Source: Chloroflexota bacterium | GTDB lineage: Bacteria > Chloroflexota > Dehalococcoidia > SM23-28-2 > RBG-16-64-32 | Direction: 5' to 3' | Assembly: GCA_036741795.1 (NCBI GenBank) | Contig: DAINRO010000001.1 | Coordinates: 1 to 63,352, forward strand | Length of the DNA stretch: 63,352 nt | Part shown: one piece after another, positions 38,623-56,232 of the stretch | Numbering within the stretch: the first letter of the stretch is position 1 | Layout of the letters: every line of letters starts with the position of its first letter | Notes under the pieces: model-generated | What the model saw: only the letters and a program-made list of their open reading frames with translations | The model's database searches: none | Told to the model about the DNA's origin: nothing | Made by a program: the position numbers and the translations under genes

Positions 38623-38634
38623 CCCTTCCCCTTC

Positions 38635-38943
38635 CTACTCCAGCAACGTCTGGTCGATCAACCAGCCAAAGGCGAAATCCAGCGCGCCGAGAACGGCGCC
38701 CATGATAATTGCGACAACGATAACGACGAACGTCAGATAGGTGACATCACGCCTCGTCGGCCAGATGACCTTGAGCAGCTCGCTCCAGATCTCTGCGAAG
38801 AAGCGTGGCATGAACCGCTGGATCCCCTTGCGGCGGCCTGGGGGCGCCGCGGGCGACGGTCCGGTGCGCGGGATAGCACGCTGCGACCCGCTCTTGGGCT
38901 TCGGCTCCTTGAGCTGCTGCCGTCTGACCGCCCGGTTGGACAT
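38635..38943 (-). CDS. secE: preprotein translocase subunit SecE
   Basis: 102 aa. A basic N-terminus, then FFAEIWSELLKVIWPTRRDVTYLTFVVIVVAIIMGAVLGALD. Confidence 0.9.
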   Translation of the reverse strand: MSNRAVRRQQLKEPKPKSGSQRAIPRTGPSPAAPPGRRKGIQRFMPRFFAEIWSELLKVIWPTRRDVTYLTFVVIVVAIIMGAVLGALDFAFGWLIDQTLLE

Positions 38944-38945
38944 CG

Positions 38946-39110
38946 CTAGCGCGCCTCGCGGTGGAGACGGTGCGAGCGGCAGCGCGGACAGTACTTACGC
39001 AACTCCAGCCGGTCCGGGTCGTTTCGCCGGTTCTTCTGCGTCGTGTACGTACGCTGGCGGCACTCACTGCACGCCAGGTCCACGGTGTTACGGTCTTCCT
39101 TCTTCGCCAT
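38946..39110 (-). CDS. rpmG: 50S ribosomal protein L33 (Zn-binding CxxC...CxxC form)
   Basis: Below the ORF-track size cut-off. My translation gives [54 protein letters not shown], 54 aa, in the classic slot between tuf and secE. Confidence 0.88.
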   Translation of the reverse strand: MAKKEDRNTVDLACSECRQRTYTTQKNRRNDPDRLELRKYCPRCRSHRLHREAR

Positions 39111-39118
39111 TTAACTCG

Positions 39119-40318
<1,200 letters not shown>

Positions 40319-40458
40319 TGTTAGGGATTCCTCCTCTGGTTTTCGGCTCGCGTACTAGCGGGTCGCTTTGAGCCTACCCGACTATGATAGCGCGGCTATC
40401 TGGTATGTGGAACAACCGTCCTTCAGGGAAGGACCGCCGTTCTTATGTCTTACGTTGC

Positions 40459-40534
40459 TGGAGCCCACGCCCGGACTCGAACCGGGGACCTCGTTCTTAC
40501 CAAGAACGCGCTCTACCAACTGAGCTACGTGGGC
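40459..40534 (-). tRNA. tRNA-Thr (anticodon GGU), CCA encoded
   Basis: The reverse complement GCCCACGTAGCTCAGTTGGTAGAGCGCGTTCTTGGTAAGAACGAGGTCCCCGGTTCGAGTCCGGGCGTGGGCTCCA folds as a cloverleaf. Anticodon loop TTGGTAA. Confidence 0.92.
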
Positions 40535-40588
40535 TCTTGTCCTCCAAGGGTCCCTTCGCGAGAAGGGTGCCCGTTTCTGAACCGAGTC

Positions 40589-40675
40589 TGGTGGCGGGAG
40601 CAGGATTCGAACCTGCGTAGCCCAAAGGGCGCCAAGTTTACAGCCTGGTGCAATTGACCGCTCTGCCATCCCGCC
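40589..40675 (-). tRNA. tRNA-Tyr (anticodon GUA), long variable arm, CCA encoded
   Basis: Reverse complement GGCGGGATGGCAGAGCGGTCAATTGCACCAGGCTGTAAACTTGGCGCCCTTTGGGCTACGCAGGTTCGAATCCTGCTCCCGCCACCA. Anticodon loop CTGTAAA, variable stem GCCC/GGGC. Confidence 0.92.
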
Positions 40676-40719
40676 ATTGGGAGTGTGGGTCAGCGGCCAG
40701 GGAACCAGTTCCTCTCGCG

Positions 40720-40794
40720 TGGAGCCGAAGGTGGGATTCGAACCCACGACCTAGCGATTACAAATCGCTTGCGCTACCACTGCGCCACTTCGGC
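40720..40794 (-). tRNA. tRNA-Thr (anticodon UGU), CCA encoded
   Basis: Reverse complement GCCGAAGTGGCGCAGTGGTAGCGCAAGCGATTTGTAATCGCTAGGTCGTGGGTTCGAATCCCACCTTCGGCTCCA. Anticodon loop TTTGTAA. Confidence 0.92.
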
Positions 40795-40811
40795 GTTTCT
40801 GCCCCACTACA

Positions 40812-40835
40812 TCAAAAAGCCGCCCAACGGGCGAG
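40812..40835 (-). terminator. small intrinsic terminator downstream of the MBL-fold gene
   Basis: Minus strand (T)CGCCC-gtt-GGGCG(G) followed by CTTTTTGATG. Confidence 0.45.
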
Positions 40836-40843
40836 CACTCATC

Positions 40844-40873
40844 AGTATACGGAGTGCTGTGGAAAAGCGTCAA
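40844..40873 (-). promoter_or_regulatory. candidate sigma70 promoter upstream of the tRNA-tuf cluster
   Basis: Minus strand TTGACG (40873-40868), 18 nt, TATACT (40849-40844). It lies upstream of the small hairpin, so its function is uncertain. Confidence 0.4.
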
Positions 40874-40880
40874 GAACCGG

Positions 40881-41774
40881 TCAGAGCAATGTCACTGGCT
40901 CCAGATAGCCCGGCGTCAAAAGCTCCGCCCTCGGCGCGTCGGCAGCCATCCGGCGACGCACGGCCTCCATGTCGAAGTCGCCGTTCGTCACAGGCGGCAT
41001 CCAGTCGTCATGGTGCCCGATAACGACGCGCTTCGCGCCCAAGACCTGCGCCTCCATCGCGAGGAACCCGGCCATTGAGCCCTGGTGTGGTTCGCCGTCG
41101 ACGTTGGGCCTCGCGGCGGCGGCAAGGATGGCGGCATCTGCACTGATGTCGCGGAGAACGCCTGTCCAGCAGCCGGAGCTGTCCTGGAAGAAGATCGCTC
41201 CTTCCGGGGTCTCGATCAAGAAGACAAGGGGCCCGCCATCGTTGGTGCTGCCCGCCTGAGACTGGAGATGGGCAAGAATTGCCTGGCCCTCCGGCGTGCC
41301 GCCGAGGGCGAAAATGCGTTGCATGAGGCCGGGCTGGGCGGCGCGCTCGGCCTGTGTGAGTCCGGTGTGGCCGTGCTCCTCCTCGTCGGCAGGTGCGTCC
41401 GTCAGGATCCAGGTGCAGGAATGGACGCTGGGGAAGACTCGCACGCGGATGGTATCGGTGATGGCGTGGCGCTCGCCGCCCTGCGACGGTAAGAGTTGGC
41501 CTTCCGGGACCCCGCGCTCGCGCATGATGCGGCAGGACTCGTTGGAGGCTATGATTTTGGCGCCAGTGTTGTTGGCGATGACGTCGGCACCGCCGAGGTG
41601 GTCGAAGTGGCTGTGCCCTACGAGAATGTAGTCGGCCTTAGTCACGTCCGCGCTGGCCAGGCCGATCGGGGGCGCGTCCGGCACACGGTCCATGTAGGTG
41701 TCGAGGAAGATGACGGTGTCGCCGATGGTCAGGCGGAAGGTCGCCGTTCCCAGCCATTCGAGCGTGGCGCTCAT
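40881..41774 (-). CDS. MBL-fold metallo-hydrolase
   Basis: 297 aa. Contains ADYILVGHSHFDHLGG (HxHxDH motif). Confidence 0.85.
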   Translation of the reverse strand: MSATLEWLGTATFRLTIGDTVIFLDTYMDRVPDAPPIGLASADVTKADYILVGHSHFDHLGGADVIANNTGAKIIASNESCRIMRERGVPEGQLLPSQGGERHAITDTIRVRVFPSVHSCTWILTDAPADEEEHGHTGLTQAERAAQPGLMQRIFALGGTPEGQAILAHLQSQAGSTNDGGPLVFLIETPEGAIFFQDSSGCWTGVLRDISADAAILAAAARPNVDGEPHQGSMAGFLAMEAQVLGAKRVVIGHHDDWMPPVTNGDFDMEAVRRRMAADAPRAELLTPGYLEPVTLL

Positions 41775-43138
41775 TGCGGCCGCCAGCGGGTGCCTTCGGC
41801 CACGTCCTCGAGGGTGATGCCAAGTTCGGCCAACCTGTCACGCACCTGGTCGGCGAGGGCGAACTGCTTTGCCGCCCGGAGATCGTTCCGAAGGTTTACG
41901 AGCAGTTCGATGAACGGCTCCGCGCCCTTGATGGACTTCGGTTGCGTGAGTGTGAGGCCGAGGATTCCGGCCAGCTTTCGCATCACTCCCTGTGCTTCCG
42001 CGGTGTCACGGCCTGCGTCGCGGGCCCGGTTGATGTCACGGGCGAGGTCGAAGAGGACGGCCAAGGCCGCGGACGTATTCAGGTCGTCGTCCATCACCTC
42101 GGTGAATCGCCTCTGGTACTCCTCCGACGCGATGTCTGCAGGGGGACCCTCTCCGCCTGGAACTTCCGCCGCGAGGAGGAGCCGTTCGGCGGCGCGGCGC
42201 GCAGACTCGAGTCCTTCCTCGGAGTAATTGAGCGGCGCCCGATAGTGCGCAGTGAGGACGAAGATGCGGAGGGCGTCTGCGCCGTACGTGTCCAGTGCCT
42301 CCCTGATCGTGATGATGTTGCCGAGGGACTTGCTCATTTTTTCTTCGTCGAGCGTGAGCCAACCGTTGTGCACCCAGTGACGCACTGAGGGCTTCACACC
42401 GGTAAAACCTTCGCTCTGGGCAATCTCGTTTTCGTGGTGAGGGAAGATGAGGTCCTGGCCGCCGCCGTGGATATCCAGTTGGTCGCCGAGATACCGGTAG
42501 GACATCGCGGAGCACTCGATGTGCCAGCCAGGGCGCCCTGGCCCCCAGGGACTGTCCCAGGATGGTTCGTCGGGCTTCGCCGATTTCCAGAGCGCGAAGT
42601 CGAGTGGGTCCCGCTTGATCTCGCCGGGTTCGATCCGGGTGCCCACCATGAGGGAATCCACGTTCCGGCCGGACAGCTTGCCGTAGTCGGGGTTACGGCG
42701 GACGTTGTAGTAAACGTCCCCCTCCTCGGTGCTGTAGGCGCGGTCCTTCTCGATGAGCTTCTCGACCATCTCGATGATCTGCGGGATTTCCTGGGTGGCA
42801 CGAGGATAGATGTGCGGAGGAGTGATGTTCAGGTCACTCATCTCCTCCTCGTACTCCGCGATGAAAGCTTCGGCAACCTGGTCGTAGGTCTGGCCCAGGG
42901 CGTTGGCCTTGGTAATGATGCGGTCGTCGATGTCGGTGTAATTCTGGACGTGCTTGACCTTGTAACCGCGGAATTCGAGGTAGCGGCGGAGCACGTCGAA
43001 GATGATGTAGGACATGGCGTGGCCGATGTGGGAGTGGTCGTAGGGCGTGATGCCGCAGACGTAGATCTTGATCTCGTCGTCGCGGAGGGGGATCTCCTCC
43101 ACGCGGCGCGACATCGTGTTATACAGCCTTAACGTCAT
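41771..43138 (-). CDS. cysS: cysteine--tRNA ligase
   Basis: Track ORF 41771-43486 trimmed to ATG at 43138: [18 protein letters not shown]...[19 protein letters not shown] (HIGH) and KMSKSLGN (KMSKS). The upstream 116 codons are Ser/Arg-rich and overlap cysE. Confidence 0.92.
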   Translation of the reverse strand: MTLRLYNTMSRRVEEIPLRDDEIKIYVCGITPYDHSHIGHAMSYIIFDVLRRYLEFRGYKVKHVQNYTDIDDRIITKANALGQTYDQVAEAFIAEYEEEMSDLNITPPHIYPRATQEIPQIIEMVEKLIEKDRAYSTEEGDVYYNVRRNPDYGKLSGRNVDSLMVGTRIEPGEIKRDPLDFALWKSAKPDEPSWDSPWGPGRPGWHIECSAMSYRYLGDQLDIHGGGQDLIFPHHENEIAQSEGFTGVKPSVRHWVHNGWLTLDEEKMSKSLGNIITIREALDTYGADALRIFVLTAHYRAPLNYSEEGLESARRAAERLLLAAEVPGGEGPPADIASEEYQRRFTEVMDDDLNTSAALAVLFDLARDINRARDAGRDTAEAQGVMRKLAGILGLTLTQPKSIKGAEPFIELLVNLRNDLRAAKQFALADQVRDRLAELGITLEDVAEGTRWRPQ

Positions 43139-43808
43139 TTTCCCGAGTCTTGTTCGTCCCCTTGCGCTTCGGCTTCTCACCCTCGACCTGTTCCAGCCGC
43201 GCCTCCAGCTCCTCGATGCGGGCTTCGAGCCGCTGAATGATGTCCCACTCCGGGTCCGGGAGCTTGAGGACGGTGTCGTCGCCGGGGTCAGCGAAGGCGA
43301 CGACGTGGCCCGGCACGCCGACGACGGTGGCGTTCGGTGGGACGTTGGTGACGACGACGGAACCCGCACCGATCTTGGCGTTTTCGCCGACGGTGACATC
43401 GCCGATGACCTTCGCACCCGCGCCGACGACAACGTTGTCCTCGAGAGTCGGGTGCCGCTTGGCCCGCCGGGTGCTGGTGCCTCCAAGCGTCACACCCTGG
43501 AAGAGGTGGACGTTGTCGCCAATGATCGCCGTTTCGCCGACGACGACGCCCATGCCGTGGTCGATAAAGAACTTCTCGCCGATCTCAGCGCCTGGGTGGA
43601 TTTCAATACCAGTGATGAAACGGCTGATGTGGGCGATGAAACGGGCCGGTAGCTCCAGCCCCTGGTGATGCAATGCGTGCGACACCCTGTGGATTTGCCG
43701 GGCGTGAAAGCCCGGATACGTGAGGATGACTTCTAGTTCGTTAATCGCCGCCGGGTCACGTTCCCTCGCGGCCTGTATGTCCCGTTTTATGCTGTCTAAG
43801 AGTCCCAC
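43119..43808 (-). CDS. cysE: serine O-acetyltransferase
   Basis: 229 aa, GTG start. Contains [14 protein letters not shown] and the hexapeptide repeats [41 protein letters not shown]. Confidence 0.92.
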   Translation of the reverse strand: MGLLDSIKRDIQAARERDPAAINELEVILTYPGFHARQIHRVSHALHHQGLELPARFIAHISRFITGIEIHPGAEIGEKFFIDHGMGVVVGETAIIGDNVHLFQGVTLGGTSTRRAKRHPTLEDNVVVGAGAKVIGDVTVGENAKIGAGSVVVTNVPPNATVVGVPGHVVAFADPGDDTVLKLPDPEWDIIQRLEARIEELEARLEQVEGEKPKRKGTNKTRENDVKAV

Positions 43809-43990
43809 TGGCCCGTCGCTCCCTTCGTGGCGTGGTCAAGCGTGCGCGCACCTGGCCCCGTGCACCGCAGACCGCGGAACGGGGCCGGGCTACAGGTGCA
43901 GACGCGTTGACCCGGGAGTGACATTGCGTTCATGAAGGCCATTATACGGTGGTAACCAGGATGGGCGTAGGGGCGAGCCACGCCTCGGCC

Positions 43991-44479
43991 CTACGGTGAA
44001 TCTGTGACCAGCGCAACCGCCATGGCGGCTATCCCCTCACCGCGTCCGACAGGCCCTAACCCTTCGTTGCTCGTAGCCTTGACGCTCACCTGCGCCTCCG
44101 GGATGCCGAGCGCTCCGCCGATCGCCCCTTTCATATCGGTGATCCGCCCGGTAAGCCGGGGGGTCTCGGCGATGACGGTGGCATCGACATTGCCGACGGT
44201 CGCTCCTGCATCCTTGAGCATCGACGCCGTTGCGCGCAGGAGGTCGAGACTGCTGGCGCCGTCCCAGCGCTCATCGTTGTCCGGGAAGTGGGTGCCGATG
44301 TCGCCCAGTCCGGCAGCGCCGAGCAGCGCGTCGATGATGGCGTGAATTAGTACGTCTGCGTCTGAATGGCCGGCGAGGCCGCTCTCCCCGGGGAAGGAGA
44401 CACCGCCGAGGACGAGATGGCGTCCGGCCTCCACCCCGTGGATGTCGTAGCCGATGCCGACGCGCGTGCCCTGACTCAC
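43991..44479 (-). CDS. ispF: 2-C-methyl-D-erythritol 2,4-cyclodiphosphate synthase
   Basis: 162 aa. Contains GIGYDIHGV and GHSDADVLIHAIIDALLGAAGLGDIGTHFP. Confidence 0.95.
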   Translation of the reverse strand: MSQGTRVGIGYDIHGVEAGRHLVLGGVSFPGESGLAGHSDADVLIHAIIDALLGAAGLGDIGTHFPDNDERWDGASSLDLLRATASMLKDAGATVGNVDATVIAETPRLTGRITDMKGAIGGALGIPEAQVSVKATSNEGLGPVGRGEGIAAMAVALVTDSP

Positions 44480-45192
44480 TGGAGGTAGGACTCCGCGAGC
44501 CAGAGGTCGTCGGGTGTGGTGATCTTGATGTTGCGGCGGCGACCCTCGTAGGTCATGACGGCAACACCGAGCAGCTCCACCATGGCGGAATCGTCGGTGA
44601 CGTCATGCGTGATTTCGGTGTGCGCGCGCATGAGCAGATCGTAACGGAATACCTGTGGAGTCTGCGCCGCCACCAACCGGCTACGGTCGAGTGTTCCGGA
44701 TACAACCCCGTCAGGCGCTACGTTTTTGATGGTGTCAACCAGAGGAATCACAGGCACCGAGGCGCCCGTCTCACGAGCCGCGTTCAGCCCGCGCGCGATC
44801 ATCCCCGGCCTGATCAAAGGACGGCCGCCGTCGTGAACGGCGACCCAATCAACGCGACCAAGAGATTCGAGGCCACAGCTCACGGAGTCCTGCCTGCGTT
44901 CTCCACCTGAGCAGACATCGATGACCTTCTGGAATCCCTCCTGATTCACCAGTTCACGGCCACGTTCCAGGTTCGATTCGTTCATGACCAGGGCAATGCG
45001 GCTGATTTCCCGGCAATCCTCGAAGGCAGCAACAGCGTGGCCGAGCAGGGTGCGACCGCCCACGCGGGTGAAGAGCTTGTCCTGGCCCTCCATGCGGACG
45101 CCGCTCCCGGCGGCGACGATGACGGCGCCAAAGACTTCGGTGTTGTCGTCAGTAGACCCGCTCACGGGACCATCAGATTGAGGATGACGCAC
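44476..45192 (-). CDS. ispD: 2-C-methyl-D-erythritol 4-phosphate cytidylyltransferase
   Basis: 238 aa. Contains AVIVAAGSGVRM and VAVHDGGRPL. The 4-nt overlap with ispF is clear; the exact start is uncertain. Confidence 0.9.
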   Translation of the reverse strand: MRHPQSDGPVSGSTDDNTEVFGAVIVAAGSGVRMEGQDKLFTRVGGRTLLGHAVAAFEDCREISRIALVMNESNLERGRELVNQEGFQKVIDVCSGGERRQDSVSCGLESLGRVDWVAVHDGGRPLIRPGMIARGLNAARETGASVPVIPLVDTIKNVAPDGVVSGTLDRSRLVAAQTPQVFRYDLLMRAHTEITHDVTDDSAMVELLGVAVMTYEGRRRNIKITTPDDLWLAESYLQ

Positions 45193-45196
45193 TGAG

Positions 45197-45838
45197 TCAA
45201 GCGGCGCTCGTGACTATGGAAACGACGATTGCGGCGAGTCCGGCGAGCCACCAGTTCTTTATGATCTTGCCCGGCAAGACCGCGAAGAAAAAGGTGCGCA
45301 TGGGCATCTGCACGGCGCCAGCCGCGAGGCCGGCGACGTCGAAGAACGGGTTGGGGATGCAGGAGAGGAAAAAGAGTGTGAGGGCGCCTTTCTTCTCCAT
45401 CCATGCCTTGATGCGCAGGTAGCTCGGCTTGTCTTCCACCATGATTCGGCCGCCGTAGCCAGCGGCGTACCCGCTGAACTCGCCGATGGCCTCTCCGAGG
45501 CCCGCGACGATACCCACCCAGAACCAGGCCGGTATGCCGAGAAACGGCTCCAGGAAGGCCGCCCCGCCGATGACGCTGGCGGCTGCGGGCGACGGGAGGA
45601 GGATAGACGCAGCCCCGATGATGTTGATCAGGAAAATGCCAAAGTAGCCGTAGCTCTTGAGGTTGCTGATGTCGGTGCTGAAATAGAAGAAGGCGATCGC
45701 GAAGAGCGTCAGCATCAGGGCGACGCCGATAAGGAGGGTGTACTCGAAGCGCCAATGGAAACGCCGGATGTTCTCCTGCGTTTCTACGGCTGTGACTTCG
45801 ACCTGTTCTTCCTGTATCACGTACCCCGCTTGCGTCAC
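45197..45838 (-). CDS. DedA/VTT-domain (YqaA-like) membrane protein
   Basis: The track start (CTG at 45841) is replaced by the adjacent GTG at 45838, which has AGAGG 8 nt upstream. Contains GAASILLPSPAAAS, GLGEAIGEFSGYAAGYGG and IPNPFFDVAGLAAG, resembling the SNARE-associated/DedA fold. Confidence 0.7.
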   Translation of the reverse strand: MTQAGYVIQEEQVEVTAVETQENIRRFHWRFEYTLLIGVALMLTLFAIAFFYFSTDISNLKSYGYFGIFLINIIGAASILLPSPAAASVIGGAAFLEPFLGIPAWFWVGIVAGLGEAIGEFSGYAAGYGGRIMVEDKPSYLRIKAWMEKKGALTLFFLSCIPNPFFDVAGLAAGAVQMPMRTFFFAVLPGKIIKNWWLAGLAAIVVSIVTSAA

Positions 45839-45853
45839 CAAGTCTGCCTCTTT

Positions 45854-45888
45854 CAGACAACGAAAGGGCGAGAGGCCAATCTCTCGCC
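45854..45888 (-). terminator. intrinsic terminator (expression platform of the c-di-AMP riboswitch)
   Basis: Minus strand GGGCGAGAG-attggc-CTCTCGCCC followed by TTTCGTTGTCT, about 15 nt before the RBS of the DedA-like gene. The 3' aptamer strand GGGAGAGGC can alternatively pair with GCCTCTC of the terminator. Confidence 0.7.
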
Positions 45889-45911
45889 CCCGGTCAGGGT
45901 CGTCGCCAACA

Positions 45912-46046
45912 GCCTCTCCCTCTTCTCGCCTACGGGGTTAGCTGACGGGTTCGGCATGAAGGAGTCTGCCTATCCCTCCGAGGAAGGAATTCACCCCAGG
46001 TTCGGTTCCCTCGTTCCCTTCGCGTTGCGGCGAAGAGATTCGGCGC
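45912..46046 (-). promoter_or_regulatory. c-di-AMP riboswitch (ydaO/yuaA class)
   Basis: Minus strand GCGCCGAATCTC...ACGAGGGAACCGAACCTGGGGTGAATTCC...GGAGGGATAGG...GCCGAACCCGTCAGCTAACCCCGTAGGCGAGAAGAGGGAGAGG. This matches, block for block, the conserved elements I recall from structurally characterised ydaO riboswitches (GCCGAAUCC / ACGGAGGAACC / GGGGUUAAUC / AGGGAUA / CCCGACAGCUAACUCCGGAGGC / AAGGAAGGAG). Confidence 0.8.
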
Positions 46047-46151
46047 TTTGAACTACTTATGTTTGGACACGTCCAGCCGGGAAGCCGGGGTGCCCTTCGT
46101 CTAGTTGAACGCGCCGGTCAGGCGAAAGTTACGGAGACAAGGGTGTGTCGA

Positions 46152-47417
46152 TCAGGGGTAGATTCCGCGCATCGTCGTCGCTTCAACGACGCGACTTACA
46201 CCCAGTAGCATGGCCGCCTCCCGGAGGTTGACTCCCCGCTCCTCGGCGACCTTCACGACGTCCTCGAACGCCCTGGTGATGACCTTGTGGAGGCGGGCGT
46301 TTACATCGGCTTCGTCCCAGAAATAGAACTGGAGGTCTTGCACCCACTCAAAGTAGGACACTATGACTCCGCCGGCATTGGCTACGATATCGGGAATGAC
46401 GACGACTCCGTTGTCCTGCAGGATACTGTCCGCCCCGGGCGTTGTAGGCCCGTTAGCTCCTTCGACGACGATGCGAGCCTGGACGTCATCAGCGTTGGCT
46501 TCGGTGATCTGGCCCTCCAGGGCGGCTGGAACCAGGTAGTCGACAGGGAGCGTGAGCAGTTCGGCGTTGTCGATGACGTCGCCTCCACGAGATTCTCGGA
46601 GGGGCATACGGTCTTCCCGGCAACCCATGAGTGCGGGGATGTCGAGGCCCTGGGCGTTATAGATCGCGGTATCAGCGTCGCTCACGGCGACGACGCGCGC
46701 CCCGGCGTGGAAGAGCAACTGAGCAGCAACCGCGCCGACTTTGCCGAAGCCCTGGATGGCGACTGATGCGCCCTCAAGGGGCACGCCATACTTCGTTGCG
46801 GTTTCTTGCATCACGTAGAGCACGCCTCGTCCCGTTGCATCGGATCGGCCGAGAGTGCCGCCGACGGCCACCGGCTTGCCAGTGACAATGCCGGCGACGG
46901 TGTTCCCCCGGTGCATTGAGATGGTGTCCATGATCCAGGCCATCACCTGTTCATTGGTGCCCATGTCGGGAGCAGGTATATCTTCGCTGGGGCCGATGAT
47001 GATGCTGATTTCGGTGGCGTAGCGGCGGGTCAGGTTCTCGAGTTCAGGTTGTGACAGCGTGCGGGGGTCGACCACGACGCCTCCCTTGGCTCCGCCGTAC
47101 GGAAGGTTGACGACGGCGCACTTCCAGGTCATCCACATTGCCAGCGCCCGCACTTCATCGATCGAGACGTGGGCACTGTACCGCAGGCCGCCCTTGGCGG
47201 GCCCTCGGGCGAGATTGTGCTGGACACGATATCCGCTGAAACAGCGGATAGAGCCATCATCCATCTGGACCGGGAAATTGACGGAGAGTTCGCGCTTGGG
47301 CTTACGCAATACGGCGCGGATTCCGTCATCTAACCCCAACCGGTCGGCTGCGGCGTCAAGCTGGGCCAGCGCGGTGACAAGCGCTCCGGTCGGCGCTGGT
47401 GGTTGGCTCACTACCAT
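46152..47417 (-). CDS. gdhA: Glu/Leu/Phe/Val-family (glutamate) dehydrogenase
   Basis: 421 aa. Contains GPAKGGLRY, PYGGAKGGV and the Rossmann GFGKVG. Confidence 0.9.
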   Translation of the reverse strand: MVVSQPPAPTGALVTALAQLDAAADRLGLDDGIRAVLRKPKRELSVNFPVQMDDGSIRCFSGYRVQHNLARGPAKGGLRYSAHVSIDEVRALAMWMTWKCAVVNLPYGGAKGGVVVDPRTLSQPELENLTRRYATEISIIIGPSEDIPAPDMGTNEQVMAWIMDTISMHRGNTVAGIVTGKPVAVGGTLGRSDATGRGVLYVMQETATKYGVPLEGASVAIQGFGKVGAVAAQLLFHAGARVVAVSDADTAIYNAQGLDIPALMGCREDRMPLRESRGGDVIDNAELLTLPVDYLVPAALEGQITEANADDVQARIVVEGANGPTTPGADSILQDNGVVVIPDIVANAGGVIVSYFEWVQDLQFYFWDEADVNARLHKVITRAFEDVVKVAEERGVNLREAAMLLGVSRVVEATTMRGIYP

Positions 47418-47491
47418 TGCGTACTACCTCTTCGAGTATAGACGACTGGCTTGAGCCTCAGGTTGCGGTCGGCTGTCGAATTGGATAAGGA

Positions 47492-47516
47492 CAGGGGCGG
47501 TGTAGTACCGCCCCTG
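47492..47516 (-). terminator. hairpin downstream of rpoC (candidate terminator)
   Basis: CAGGGGCGGT-gtagt-ACCGCCCCTG, a perfect 10-bp stem 25 nt after the rpoC stop. The downstream tract on the minus strand (TCCTTATCC) is only weakly U-rich. Confidence 0.5.
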
Positions 47517-47540
47517 CGAGTCTCTGTTTTCAGGCCGACG

Positions 47541-55938
<8,398 letters not shown>

Positions 55939-56137
55939 AGAGAACCTCTCCTTACGAGTGGCAAAGCGGAACGATGAACTACCGTTGGACGGTTATGGCT
56001 GGGCGCAAGAGATAGTGATACGAGGTCAATAAAAATCCGGGGATGGGACAGTCATCCGTGTAGGAGTGTATGTGACATTGCTCATAGAAGTCAACAGTAT
56101 TTTTACGAATTCTTATCCCCGCGCGTATTGCGGCTGA

Positions 56138-56166
56138 TTGACACCTCACGCGGTCAGACGTAGGAT
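56138..56166 (+). promoter_or_regulatory. candidate sigma70 promoter of the methyltransferase-nitrilase operon
   Basis: TTGACA (56138-56143), 17 nt, TAGGAT (56161-56166), about 65 nt upstream of the ATG at 56233, which has a GGAGGAG RBS. Confidence 0.5.
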
Positions 56167-56232
56167 GCGCGCGCGGTACGCGTCTCTCGGTGGGGAGCCG
56201 AGGGCAAGCAGAGTTCCGAAGGAGGAGAACAC

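Noticed and set aside
40400-40430. 7-bp hairpin GTCCTTC-agg-GAAGGAC between tRNA-Thr(GGU) and tuf.
   Set aside because: It is short, has no U-tract on the transcribed (minus) strand, and lies inside an obviously co-transcribed tRNA-tuf unit. It is probably an RNase processing site at most.
40459-40794. The tRNA cluster considered as a possible integration hotspot or genomic-island boundary.
   Set aside because: There is no integrase, no direct repeat of a tRNA 3' end, and no compositional break visible nearby. The Thr-Tyr-Thr-tuf arrangement is a conserved bacterial layout.
43139-43486. 116-codon N-terminal extension of the cysS ORF in the track (MEAPAPGG...Ser/Arg-rich).
   Set aside because: It is low-complexity and lies entirely within cysE in another frame. 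The CysRS homology begins at MTLRLYNTM (ATG 43138).
43809-43990. T-box riboswitch upstream of cysE-cysS.
   Set aside because: I looked for the conserved T-box 14-mer, the AG bulge/specifier loop and a terminator/antiterminator pair, and none was found. The region is kept only as an unexplained structured leader.
55939-56137. Relatively AT-rich 200 nt upstream of rpoB, considered as a possible ncRNA or mobile-element remnant.
   Set aside because: No repeats, inverted repeats or conserved RNA motifs were recognised. It is best explained as the rpoB promoter/5' UTR region, with a possible TTGACT at 56094-56089 and a weak -10, shared with the divergent methyltransferase promoter.
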